DNA of 64,000 bases from positions 514,482 through 578,481 of the forward strand of contig CAVOOF010000002.1 of NCBI GenBank assembly GCA_963697505.1. Reading direction: 5' to 3'. The notes beneath the pieces are model-generated. The model searched no databases. It was not told where the DNA came from and saw only the letters and a list, made by a program, of their open reading frames with translations. Source of the DNA: an uncultured Solirubrobacterales bacterium. GTDB taxonomy: Bacteria; Actinomycetota; Thermoleophilia; Solirubrobacterales; Thermoleophilaceae. Positions 31,874-41,852 of this stretch are shown here, piece by piece; position 1 is the stretch's first letter, and each line of letters starts with the position of its first letter. The position numbers and the translations under genes were made by a program.

Positions 31874-31924
31874 GACGCGTCAGGCTATCGAATGGCGGGC
31901 AACCTTGACATAGCTGTGTGAAGG

Positions 31925-31966
31925 TTGGCGGGAGGACTCAGGCCGTTGGTCGGAGGACTCAGGCCG
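31925..31966. repeat. 21-bp tandem direct repeat (19/21 identical) spanning the vapC stop codon
   Basis: TTGGCGGGAGGACTCAGGCCG (31925-31945) and TTGGTCGGAGGACTCAGGCCG (31946-31966). The vapC stop (TCA on plus, 31959-31961) lies in the second copy. Confidence 0.9.
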
Positions 31967-32372
31967 ACAAGACCTCGACCTCGACGCCCATTGCCTCGTA
32001 GGTCGCCCGGCCGCGCCGGTCGAAGGTCACCAGACGGGCCCCATGCGCCGCGGCCGTCGCCGAGATCAGCGCGTCATACAACGCCCCGCCTCGGATTCCG
32101 GCGCCGACGGCGGTCGCTAGCGCCCGACGGGCGGCCGCCGCGCCGAGCTGAAGCCACTCGTCGGGAAACAACAGGTGGAGAGCGTCGTGAACGACCTGCG
32201 CCGCGATCCGCTCCCCCTCGGGCATCCGGCTGAGCACCGATGTGGTCTCGAAGGCCACGTGGGCTATCAGCCGCCCGCCCGACATCGTGCTCACGAGCTC
32301 GTGGGCGACGGGGTGGGCGGAGTGCCACGGCGCGAACGCGGCAAACAGGACGCTGGTGTCAGGAGCGATCAT
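31959..32372 (-). CDS. vapC: PIN-domain ribonuclease toxin VapC
   Basis: Intact 137-aa ORF. PIN acidic residues sit in the contexts MIAPDTSVL, AFETTSVL, LYDALI and VTFDRR. It overlaps vapB by 4 nt. Confidence 0.85.
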   Translation of the reverse strand: MIAPDTSVLFAAFAPWHSAHPVAHELVSTMSGGRLIAHVAFETTSVLSRMPEGERIAAQVVHDALHLLFPDEWLQLGAAAARRALATAVGAGIRGGALYDALISATAAAHGARLVTFDRRGRATYEAMGVEVEVLSA

Positions 32373-32614
32373 CGCCGCGAGCGATCGATCGCCGCGCGAG
32401 TCTCCTCGACGGTGATCGGCTTCATCGGGCGGTCCGTGACGATCACCGGGACCCCGTCGCGCATCTCGAGGCGGGCCGGCACGTCGGGCACGGTCATCTC
32501 GATGCGGCCGTCGGCGGCCCGCATCTCCACCTCGGCCGCGCCGGTGATCCCAAGCTCCTCACGGAACGTCTTGGGGATCACCATTCGCCCGGCAGTATCG
32601 ATGGCAACTTTCAT
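32369..32614 (-). CDS. vapB: AbrB/SpoVT-fold antitoxin VapB
   Basis: ORF 32369..32698 trimmed to ATG 32614: MKVAIDTAGRMVIPKTFREELGI.. (SpoVT/AbrB swapped-hairpin motif), 81 aa. TACGTT lies 6 nt upstream of the ATG, compatible with a leaderless transcript. Confidence 0.8.
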   Translation of the reverse strand: MKVAIDTAGRMVIPKTFREELGITGAAEVEMRAADGRIEMTVPDVPARLEMRDGVPVIVTDRPMKPITVEETRAAIDRSRR

Positions 32615-32758
32615 ACCATCAACGTACCAGCCGGTGTGGAGGCGAGCAGACGACCATGGGAATTGGCCCAGCGACGGGGCCCTGAGAGTGGCTTCCATGC
32701 CTACAGAGGGGCCGCCGGAGCCGGCAGGCCCCCCTCTTGTGCCGGCGCGCGAGCCGCC

Positions 32759-35024
32759 TCAGGCGCCGCGCGGTGCGGCGAGGGTCGCGCGGCCGGTCGC
32801 CGAGGCGTGGCGGCCGGCGCCGTCGCGGACGGTCACGGTCAGCGCGACGGGCAGGCGGCCGGCGCGGCGCAGCGCGCGGAAGCGGGCCGGCGTGAGCCGG
32901 AGGCGAACCGTGACCTTGCCGAGGCGGCCGACCGTGAAGCGTCGCGCCGCCAGTGCGGTGCCGCGACGCAGGCCCGCGGTCCGGCGCGCGAGCCGAACGG
33001 TGGCGCGCCCGGTGAGCCCGGGCGACGCCCTGAACGAGTAGGCGAACGTGCGCCGCGGCGTTACCGCGATCCGCCTGAGCACCGGCAGCTGGGGCGCGGC
33101 CGGCCCCGCCGGAGCGACCGTGCGAGCGACGGGCGGTGGAGGCGGCGGCGGGAGCGGGAGCGGCGAGTTCTCCATCGCCAGCGCGGCAGCGATCGCCGCG
33201 TTGGCATCGACCGCGCGGCCGCTCGCCGTGATTCCCACGAGCGCGGACAGCGGCGTGCCGCTGTCGCGGATCGCGGCGACGACCTGCGTGGCGGGCACGT
33301 CCGGGTCGGCCGCGCGAACCAGCGCCGCCACGCCCGCGACGTGCGGCGCGGCCATCGACGTCCCCTGGAAGTTGACGTAGTTGCCGGCCGCGGCCTTCGA
33401 GTCGAGGTAGGTGGCGCGCCGGCAGAGAACCCTCAGCTCGTCGGCATAGGCGCCGTCACCCTCGACGGCCTCGTCGGAGAACAGCCCCAGGAACGGACGG
33501 ACGTCGTCGCGTCCACCGAGATCGGAGATCGAGACCTCCTCGGCGCGGAACGTCCCACCCGCATAGCCGGCCGAAATGCCCGCGAACGGCTGGCCGTCGA
33601 AGACGTCCTCGTCCCCGGTGAGGCCGCCGACGAACAGGTAGTCGAGCAGGAAGCCGTCGCTGTCCGGCTCCTCGATCTCGTAGCGCAGGTCGAGATGGAT
33701 GCGGCAGCCGCGCTCGGCGGCGAGGTCGAGCGGGGCGGCCGTGAACAGCTCGGAGTCGGCGTTGGCCGCGTAGTCCCCAGCCGGACTGTCGGTCGCCGAG
33801 TTGGCGCCGGCGCTCGCGAACGCGCCGGTCGTGGACCAGGTCGTCGACCCGGGCCCCGTAAATGTGCTCCAGACGCCGAGGTCGGACTCGAAGCCGTGGG
33901 CGAAGATGGGGTCGTAGTCGGCCTTGGCGCTGAGGACCGCGGTTCCCGGCGCGCCGACGTCGACGGTCGTCGCGCCGTAGTTGGAGAACCCGGCGCGGCC
34001 GCCAGCCTGGTTGACCGCGGCGACGCAGATCAGGTTGGCCTGAGGCAGCGCGCAGGGCATCGTCGGCTGGAGGTCGTTGTTCCGGTTGTCGTTGCCGGCC
34101 GCGGCAACCACGACCACATCACGCTGACCGGCCCGCGCGACGGCGTCGCCCATCGCCTGGTCGCCGGCGCCGGCCGGCCCGCCGAGGCTGAGGTTGATCA
34201 CGTCGGCCCCGTTCTCGCTGGAGTAGTCGATCCCGTCGGCGATGTCGGCGGTCGAGCCGCTGCCGTCGCCGTCGAGGACGCGCATGGCCATGATCCGCGC
34301 CTCCGGCGCGACACCGGCGACCCCGATGCCGTTGCCGGCGATCGCCGCGGCGGTGCCGGCGACGTGCGTGCCCGTGGAACTGGAAGTCGTCGGGGTCGTC
34401 GTCGCCGTCGACGAAGTCCCAGCCGTGCTCGCCGCCGGGCCCCGTCCAGAGGTTGCCGGCGAGGTCGGGGTGGTCGAGCGCGACGCCGGTGTCGAGGATC
34501 GCGATCGTCTGCCCCGCCCCGCGCGTCGTCTCCCACGCGGCGAGCGCGTTGACGCCCGGATCCGGGGTCGCGCTGTCGCGCAGGCCCCAGAGGTCGGCGA
34601 AGAAGCTGTCGTCCGGCGGGTCGACGGCCAGCGCCCGGTAGCGGTAGTTCGGCTGCGCGTAGGCCACGCCTGGCTGGCGCTCGAGCCGCCGCACCGCGGA
34701 CGCGACCGAGCCCTCGTCGAAGGCGACGACCTGGGCTCGCGGCAGCTCGAGCGCCCGGTCGAGCGTCACGCCGGCCGCCCGCCGCGCGGCGAGCCGCTGG
34801 CCGGCGTCGACGCCCGGCTCGAAGCGCACGATCGCCTCGCCCCGGTGGCGATCGCCGGACGACCGCGCGAAAGTCTCGCGGTCCAGCGCCGGGGCGGTCG
34901 CGTGCGCCGGCCCCGAGGCCCCCGCCGCGGCGACCGCCCGCGACGGGATCAGCGCCGACGCGCCCAGCGCGACCACGGCCGCGAGCGCGGCGGCGACGGC
35001 GAATGTCGGAGTGCGAACGCTCAT
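32759..35024 (-). pseudogene. secreted subtilisin-like S8 serine peptidase (paralog 1) with internal inserted domain; single frameshift at 34371-34373
   Basis: ATG 35024 gives the signal peptide MSVRTPTFAVAAALAAVVALGASA, followed by a propeptide. Catalytic Asp is in IAILDTGV (ORF 34119..35381). The His motif is restored as DFQ-HGTHVAGTAAA by removing one C of CCC 34371-34373. AAAGNDN and GTSMAAPHVAG are in ORF 32759..34291. The reconstructed protein is 754 aa. Confidence 0.85.
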
Positions 35025-35116
35025 GCCGGAGGGACTGAAGCAGCCGGTCGCGCCCAGCGCGCCGCCGCTTGCCACCAAGCATCGGCTCGCGGCGCGAACC
35101 TCGTGAGAAACCGGCG

Positions 35117-37437
35117 TCAGGCCTCGACGCCGCCACGCGCGGCGCGCAGCTCGACCGGCGACGCGTGCAGGGCGCGCAGGCGCAGGTCGCTCCAGGTCAT
35201 GCCCTCGCGCAGCAGCGCCGGGCATGCCCATCGCGAAGGCGGTCGCGATCTCGACCGCCTGCAGGATGATCCCGTAGGCGAGCGCGTCGGTCTGGCTGAC
35301 GCCGTAGGCCGACAGGACCGCGACGCAGGCGGCCTGGAAGACGCCGAGGTTCGACGGCGTGATCGGGATCGCGGCCGTCACGTTGACCGCGAACAGGACG
35401 GCCGCGGCGGCGCCGATGCCCGCCTGGTGGTCGAGGCCGAGCGCGACCAGCAGCGACGTAGCAGGCGATCCACTGGATCGCCCAGGCGGACAGCTGCGTG
35501 ACCGTCGCCCAGGCGCCGAGCCGCGGGTTGCGGAAGACCTGGAGGCCGAGGCGCACCTGCACCATCGCGCCGCGCGCCGTCGCGAGCGCGTGCTGGACGC
35601 GGGCGAAGCGCGACGGCTTGCCGCGCCGCAGCAGAGCCGGCGCGCCGATCACCAGGGCGAGCAGCACCAGCGGCGCGATCGTCGCGATCACGAGCGCGTC
35701 CTCGTCGCCGCGGAAGACGCCGACGGTCGCGAACATCACGCCGCCGAGGATCACCAGCGCGAGGATGTTCAGCAGCGTCTGCGAGACGATCGAGCCGAGC
35801 ACGACCGGCAAGCGGTCGCGCACGCGGCCGATCCGGCGCGCCATGATCAGCGCACGCGAGGGCTCGCCGAGCCGCGCGGGCAGGGTCGCCGACATCAGCA
35901 CGCCGATCATCGTCGCGCGCGCGGCGTCGCGCCTGCGGACGCGGACGCCGGGCAGCGCCGCGCAGAGGATCGCGTGCCACGCCTCGGCGCGCACGAGCAT
36001 CGACGTGCACATCAGCGCGAAGGCGGCGAGCACCCAGACCGGCGTCGCGCCGACCAGCGCGTGGCCGATCTGGTCGATCCCGATCCGGTCGAGCGCCAGC
36101 GCCGCGAGCGCGACGGCGGCGACCATGCCGCCGATCGCCGCGACGCGGCGGATCTTCGCCCAGCGGCTGCGGCGCTCGCCCACGGGCGGCTCCGGCTCGA
36201 TCGAGGGGATCCGGCGTGGCGGCGGCGCGCGGCACGCCGGCGGCCGAGACGAGGCCGAGCCGGGCACCGGCGGCGGCGCCGGCGGGTGGCCGGCGCAGGC
36301 ATCGCCGACGGCGTCCTCGTAGGCGTCGACGACCTCCTCGGCGACGTGACTCCAGGCGAAGCGCTCGGCGCGCTCGCGCGCGGCGACGCCCATCCGCAGG
36401 CGGCGCTCCGGGTCGAAGGCGAGCTCGCGCAGCGCCTCGCCGAGCGCCGCCGCGTCGGCTGGCGGCACGAGCAGGCTGTCGACCCCGTCGCGCGCGACGT
36501 CGCGGTAGCCGGCGATGTCGGAGGCCACGACCGGCGTGCCGGCCGCGAACGCCTCGGTCAGCACCATGCCGAAGCTCTCGCCGCCGAGCGACGGCGCGAC
36601 GAGCAGGTCGGCGGCGCCGAGCAGGCGCCACTTCTCGTCCTCGTCGACGCGGCCGGCGATCTCGACGCCCTCGACGTCGAGCAGCAGCGGCTCGACCTCG
36701 GCCGGGGTCGCGCCGGCGACGGTCAAGCGCGCCTCGACGCCCGGCGCCGCGCAGCGCCTCGAAGGCGCGCAGCAGCACCGGCAGGCCCTTGCGCGCCTCG
36801 GCGCGGCCGAGGAACAGCAGCTCGAGCTGGTCGCGCGGCAGCGAGCGGTCGCTCGGTCGCGCGGCGGCGAGGTCGACGCCGTTCGGGACGATCCGGTAGC
36901 TCGCCACCGTAGAAGCGCTCGCAGGTCCAGCGCGGCCGCTTCGGAGACGGCGATCCGCACGTGAAGCTTGTTGTAGAGCCGGCGCGCCGTCGCGACGTTG
37001 GCAGCGACGCCGTTGACGAGCGGGCTGCGCGAGTAGCAGTGGAAGGTCCCGACCAGCGGCGTGCGCGCCAGCTCGGTCGCGAACCAGCTGACGAACGGCG
37101 CGTTCGGCTCGTGGACGTGGACGACGTCGAAGGCGCCGGCGCGCAGCTCGCGGCGCAGCGTGGGCACGACGGCGGGCGACAGCGCGAGGTTCGAGACCGC
37201 CCCGTTCATCGGCAGTCCGACGGTGCGACCGAGCGGGATCAGATGGTCGGGCAGGGGCCGCTGCTCGGGTGCGGCGCCCCGATGCATCGCACGCGCCAGG
37301 CGGTCGTCTGGGTCGTGGGGAGCCAGGAGGCGAACCTCGTGACCCTGTCCGATCAACTCCGCTGTGAGGGCCTCGACGTGACGGCCGACACCACCTGGGT
37401 ACGTGTACGAGTAGGGGGAAACGATCCCGACGCGCAC
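35117..37437 (-). pseudogene. GT4 (PimA-like) glycosyltransferase fused to a flippase-like / lysyl-PG-synthase-TM (UPF0104) membrane domain; frameshifted (>=5 breaks)
   Basis: N-terminus MRVGIVSPYSYTYPGGVGRHVEALTAELIGQGHEV..DVVHVHEPNAP, then ..YRIVPNGVD..LLFLGRAEARKGL (in ORF 35378..37510), then ..APSLGGESFGMVLTEAFAAGTPVVASD... A multi-TM domain follows: IRRVAAIGGMVAAVALAALAL..QLSAWAIQWIACYV. The tail AAIPITPSNLGVFQAACVAVLSAYGV..AFAMGMP sits in ORF 34119..35381. Removing one G of GGG 35220-35222 gives ..PALLREGMTWSDL..GGVEA* (stop 35117). Confidence 0.75.
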
Positions 37438-37483
37438 CTACGCATCGTAGACGACGGGCGAGATGCGCCAAAACCGGAGGCCC

Positions 37484-38208
37484 ATGGCCGAGCGCAACTA
37501 CGTCAAGCACACGTTCGTGAAGGTCGCCCCGGAGTGGCGTCGCCGCGACGCCGCGGATCGCGCCCAGGACAAGCGCGAGTTCGCCGCGGCCTGCGAGGAG
37601 TTCGCCGACCGACCACTTCCTGCGCGCCTACTCCACGGTCGGCACGCGCGGCGACTGCGACCTGATGATCCGCGCCGTCGCCGCCACCCTGGACCCGATC
37701 CACGAGCTGCACGTGCTGCTCAACCAAGCCGGACTGATGGGCTACGCCGAGATCGCCCACTCCTACCTGGCGCTGACCAAGGAGTCGGTCTACTCGGAGG
37801 AGGAGCAGCCGACCGCGCCCCGCCCCGGCTCGGACAAGCGCTACTTCATCGTCTACCCGATGTGGAAGAAGCGCGAGTGGTACGGCCTGGCGCCCGAGGA
37901 GCGGATGCGGATCATGCGCGGCCACATCGAGATCGGCAAGCGCTACCCCGGCATCGAGATCAACACCGCCTACTCCTACGGGCTCGACGACCAGGAGTTC
38001 GTCGTGTCCTTCAACGCCGACCACCCGTCGCGAGTTCCTCGACCTCGTCCAGGAGCTGCGCTCGACCGAGTCGAGCGCCTACACCGCTTCAGAGACCCCG
38101 ATCTTCACCTGTATCGCCGCGACCGTCGAGCGTGCCCTCGACGCGCTTGACGGCACCGCGGTCACAGCCGCGACGCTCGACCCGAATCCTGACGCGGACG
38201 CGATCTAG
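37484..38208 (+). pseudogene. hemQ: coproheme decarboxylase HemQ/ChdC (chlorite dismutase family); 2 frameshifts
   Basis: MAERNYVKHTFVKVAPEWRR..EEFAD (ORF 37463..) / DHFLRAYSTVGTRGDCDLMIRAVAAT..YFIVYPMWKKREWYGL..RMRIMRGHIEIGKRYPGIEINTAYSYGLDDQEFVVSFNADHP (ORF 37665..) / REFLDLVQELRSTESSAYT..PDADAI* in the third frame. The span is 725 nt, or 241 codons plus 2 extra bases. Confidence 0.8.
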
Positions 38209-39603
38209 ACGCGAGCGGCTCGCGCCGCCTCGACCATCTCGGCGATCCGCGTGAGCTTCACGCGAGGCCGACCCCGCGGCTCGCCGGCGGCCTTCTCGCC
38301 GGCGTCGATCGCCTCCCAGCCCGCGTAGTCGACGAGGTCGGGCTGGCGCTCGCGCACCAGCTCCTCGATCGCGGCGCGCGCGGGTCGCTCGGGATCGGCC
38401 AGCCGCCGCTCGCGGACGTCCTCGAGCAGGTGCTCGACGGTCTCCTGCGCGTCGCGCTTGTTGGTGCCGATCACGCCCGACGGGCCGCGCTTGACCCAGC
38501 CGGCGACGTAGAGGCCGGGGATCGCATGCTGAGCGTGCGGGTCGAGCACGCGCCCCTCCTCGTTCGGGATCGTGCCCTTCCACTCGTCGAACGGCACGCC
38601 GTCGATCGGGATGCCGCGGTAGCCGACGGCCCGGAAGACGAGTCCGACGTCGAGCGTCTCGTGCTCATCGGTCGCCTGGGCGCGGATCTGCCCCTCGCCC
38701 CCGTGCTCGAGCTTGTTGCGGACCAGCTCGATCTGCTCGACCTTGCCGTCGCCGCGGATCGCGACCGGCGAGAGCAGGAAGCGCAGCTCGACCTGCTTCT
38801 CCTTGCCATCCGGCGTCCGCGCGGCGTAACTCCTGCAGGATCTCGACGTTGCGACGGGGGGTGATCTCACCGTCGCCCTCGATCGACTGGGCGCTGTGGC
38901 GGTCGAGCTCGAACGGCTCGACGATCACGTCGGCGTCGGTCAGCTCGCCGAGCTCGCGCAGCTCCGGGTTGGTGAAGGCGGCCTGCGCCGGCCCGCGCCG
39001 GCCGAGGACGACGACGTGCTTGACGTTCGAGTTGGCGAGCGCCTCGATCGCGTGGTCGGCGGTGTCGGTGACCTCGAGCTCCTCACGCGGCAGCACGAGC
39101 ATCCGGGCGAGGTCCATCGCGACGTTGCCGTTGCCGACGATCGCGACGCGCTCGCAGGAGAGGTCGAACTCGATGTCGCGGTAGTCGGGATGGCCGTTGT
39201 ACCAGGCGACGAACTCGGTGGCGGCATAGCTGCCGGGCAGCTCCTCGCCGTCGATGCCGAGCTGGCGGTCGGTCTGCGCAGCCGTACGGCGTAGACGATC
39301 GCGTGGTAGTGGCGCTCGAGGTCGGCGTGGCTGAGGTCGCTCGCCGATCTTGACGTTGCCGAAGAAGCGGAACTGCTCGCGCGCCGCGGTCTTCTCGTAG
39401 ACGCGCGTCACCGACTTGATCTTCGGATGGTCGGGCGCGACGCCGGCGCGCACGAGCCCGAACGGCGTCGGCAGGCGGTCGAACATGTCGACCTCGATCG
39501 CCAGCTCCTTGTCGGCCAGCAGGTGCCCGGCGGCGTAGAAGCCGGCCGGCCCGGAGCCGACGACGGCGACGCGGAGTGGGTTGTCGATCGTCCCGATGGA
39601 CAC
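38205..39603 (-). pseudogene. fprA: NADPH-ferredoxin reductase FprA (adrenodoxin-reductase type); frameshifted (>=3 breaks)
   Basis: GTG 39603 gives VSIGTIDNPLRVAVVGSGPAGFYAAGHLL..DMFDRLPTPFGLVRAGVAPDHPKIK (ORF 38665..39930). The middle part is ..ERVAIVGNGNVAMDLARML.. and the C-terminal part is ..GLYVAGWVKRGPSGVIGTNKRDA.. (ORF 38205..38870). Its stop overlaps the hemQ stop by 4 nt (convergent). Confidence 0.75.
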
Positions 39604-41149
39604 GCGGCGCGAGATGATAGCCGCGCTCGTGAACCGCACCGCCGTCATCGACCTCGGATCGAACTCCTTCCGGCTCGTCGTCTTCCAGCACGAGCCCGGC
39701 GGCTGGTGGAGCCTGGCCGACGAGATCCGCGAGCCGGTGCGGATCAGCGCCGGGATGGGAGACGAGGGCGTACTGGCGCCGGAGCCGGTCGACCGGGCGA
39801 TCACGACGGCCGCCGTCTTCGCCTCCTTCCTCGAGGCCTCCGGCGTCGAGCGCGTCGACGCGGTGGCGACCAGCGCGATCCGCGACGCCGCCAACCGCGA
39901 CGAGCTGCTGGTCGATATCCGCCGCCGCACCGGCCTCGAGGTGCGCGTGGTCAGCGGCGCCGAGGAGGCCTGGTACGGCTACCTGGCGATCGTCAACTCG
40001 ACGACGCTGACCGACGGCTTCGGGATCGACATCGGCGGCGGCAGCGTCCAGGTGATGCACGTCGCCGACCGGCGGCTGCTGGAGGCCGAGTCGGTGCGGC
40101 TCGGCGCGGTCCGCGTCAGCGAGGCGTTCCTGCCCGGCGAGCGGGCGAAGCCGAAGCAGCTCCAGGCGGTGCGCGACCACGTCGCCCGCACGCTCGGCGA
40201 GTTCGAGTGGTGGAACGCCGAGGGCGGCGGCCGGCTCGCGGCGATCGGCGGGACAGTCCGGAACCTGGCGAGCGCCGTCCAGAAGCGGATGGACATGCCC
40301 GACGTCGACGAGCAGGGGTTCGTCCTGACCCGGGCGGCGCTGGAGGAGCTGATCGAGCTGCTGGCCGACCGGCCGGCCTCCGAGCGCGGCGCGATCCCCG
40401 GCATCAAGCCCGACCGCGGCGACGTGATCCTCGGCGGCGCGCTGGTGGCCGCCGCGGCGATGGAGCACGGCGGATTCGACGAGCTGGAGGTGGCCGAGGC
40501 GGGGCTGCGCGAGGGCGTCTTCTTCGAGCACCTGCTCGCCGACCGCACGCCCCCGCTGCTCGCCGACGTGCGCACCGACTCGGTCGAGAATCTCGCCAGC
40601 CGCTTCGCGACCGACCCGCCGCACGTCGCCCACGTCGCGAAGCTGTCGCTCGAGCTGTTCGACTCGCTGCGCGCTGCCGGGCTGCACGACCTCGGCGACG
40701 GCGACCGCCAGCTGCTCTGGGCGGCGGGGCTGTTGCACGACGTCGGCATGACGGTCGACTACGACGACCACCACCGCCACTCGCACTACCTGATCGTCCA
40801 TGCCGGCCTGCCCGGCTACAGCCCGCGCGAGGTCGACCTGATCGCGCTGATCGCGCGCTACCACCGCAAGGGCACGCCGGACCCCGGCGAGCTGGGCGCC
40901 CTACGCCGCGACGGCGACCGCGAGCGGCTGCTGCTGCTCTGCGGCCTGATCCGGCTCGCCGAGCAACTCGAGCGCAGCCGCGACCAGGTCGTCGCCGACA
41001 TCACGGCGGAGGTCAACGACGCGCGCGTGCTGCTGCGGGTCGTCCCGCGCGCCGGAGCGGACCCCTCCGTCGCGATCTGGGCCGCCGGACGCGGCTCCGG
41101 CCTGCTCGCCGAGGCGCTCGACCGCGCGGTCAAGATCGTCCCGGCCTAG
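39596..41149 (+). CDS. ppx: exopolyphosphatase / guanosine pentaphosphate phosphohydrolase (Ppx/GppA family) with HD domain
   Basis: Intact ORF with the ASKHA motifs AVIDLGSNSFRLVVF and IDIGGGSVQV and a C-terminal HD-like LLHDVGMTVDYDDHHRHSHY. Start ambiguous: TTG 39581 (track), ATG 39596 or ATG 39614. Confidence 0.8.
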   Translation: MDTRREMIAALVNRTAVIDLGSNSFRLVVFQHEPGGWWSLADEIREPVRISAGMGDEGVLAPEPVDRAITTAAVFASFLEASGVERVDAVATSAIRDAANRDELLVDIRRRTGLEVRVVSGAEEAWYGYLAIVNSTTLTDGFGIDIGGGSVQVMHVADRRLLEAESVRLGAVRVSEAFLPGERAKPKQLQAVRDHVARTLGEFEWWNAEGGGRLAAIGGTVRNLASAVQKRMDMPDVDEQGFVLTRAALEELIELLADRPASERGAIPGIKPDRGDVILGGALVAAAAMEHGGFDELEVAEAGLREGVFFEHLLADRTPPLLADVRTDSVENLASRFATDPPHVAHVAKLSLELFDSLRAAGLHDLGDGDRQLLWAAGLLHDVGMTVDYDDHHRHSHYLIVHAGLPGYSPREVDLIALIARYHRKGTPDPGELGALRRDGDRERLLLLCGLIRLAEQLERSRDQVVADITAEVNDARVLLRVVPRAGADPSVAIWAAGRGSGLLAEALDRAVKIVPA

Positions 41150-41163
41150 CCCCTACGCGGGAC

Positions 41164-41566
41164 TCAGTCCAGGCGGTTCTCGAGCGGCAGCGGGCCGTTG
41201 CCGACCGGCGCCTCGGACTGCGCTGCGGCCTCCTCTGCCTCCTCGGGCTGCTCCGCCTCGAGCAGCTCGGCCAGCTCGCCGGTCTCGTACATCTCGGTGA
41301 CGATGTCCGCGCCGCCGACCAGCTCGCCCTTGACGAACAGCTGCGGGATCGTCGGCCAGCCGGAGAGCGCCGGAGAGCTCCTCGCGGATGCGCTGGTCGG
41401 GCAGGATGTCGAGCGCCGCGTAGCGGACGCCGAGGGCGTTGAGGCAGGCCGCCGTACGCGCCGAGAAGCCACAGGCGGGCTGCTCGGGGCTGCCCTTCAT
41501 GAACAGCATCACCGGGTTCTCGGCGATCGCGTTCTCGATGAACTCGCGGATCTCGGTGTTCGTCAT
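41164..41566 (-). pseudogene. monothiol glutaredoxin (Grx4/GrxD type, CGFS active site); single frameshift near 41370
   Basis: ORF 41153..41566 gives [68 protein letters not shown] 41164..41472 continues [36 protein letters not shown]... One extra base sits in ..TCCGGCGCTC.. on the minus strand. Confidence 0.8.
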
Positions 41567-41575
41567 GGCTGTACC

Positions 41576-41803
41576 TCAGGGAGTCGAAGTCTTGATCGAG
41601 AGGGCGTGGATCGGCCCGCCGATCTCAGCGCCGAACACGTCGTAGACGAGCTTGTGCTGCTCGATCCGCGACAGGCCCGCGAAGCGGTCGGAGACGATCT
41701 CGGCGCGGAAATGATCGCCGCCGCCGGTGGTGTCCTCGACGGACACGGTCGCGCCGGGGAGGGCGACCTCGATGCGCTGCTTCAGTTCGTCACTGGTGGG
41801 CAT
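41576..41803 (-). CDS. bolA: BolA-family protein
   Basis: MPTSDELKQRIEVALPGATVSVEDTTGGGDHFRAEIVSDRFAGLSRIEQHKLVYDVF..IHALSIKTSTP, a typical BolA signature (..H....V.S..F.G...v.RHr.Vy..L...i..iHAL). ATG 41803 has AAGGTGG 8 nt upstream; the track start GTG 41815 is an alternative. Confidence 0.8.
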   Translation of the reverse strand: MPTSDELKQRIEVALPGATVSVEDTTGGGDHFRAEIVSDRFAGLSRIEQHKLVYDVFGAEIGGPIHALSIKTSTP

Positions 41804-41852
41804 GCGAGCAGCCACCTTAGCGAGCCCGGCACGTTGCTATCTTTTGTGAAGC

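Noticed and set aside
31874-31958. Cobalamin or SAM riboswitch in front of metH.
   Set aside because: The leader is only 85 nt, and most of it is the 21-bp duplication plus a small inverted repeat. That is too short for either aptamer, and I see no B12-box-like or SAM-motif sequence.
31925-32698. vapBC as a mobile element bounded by target-site duplications.
   Set aside because: The two 21-bp copies are tandem at one end only, and no matching sequence exists upstream of vapB (32615-32758). There is no transposase or recombinase.
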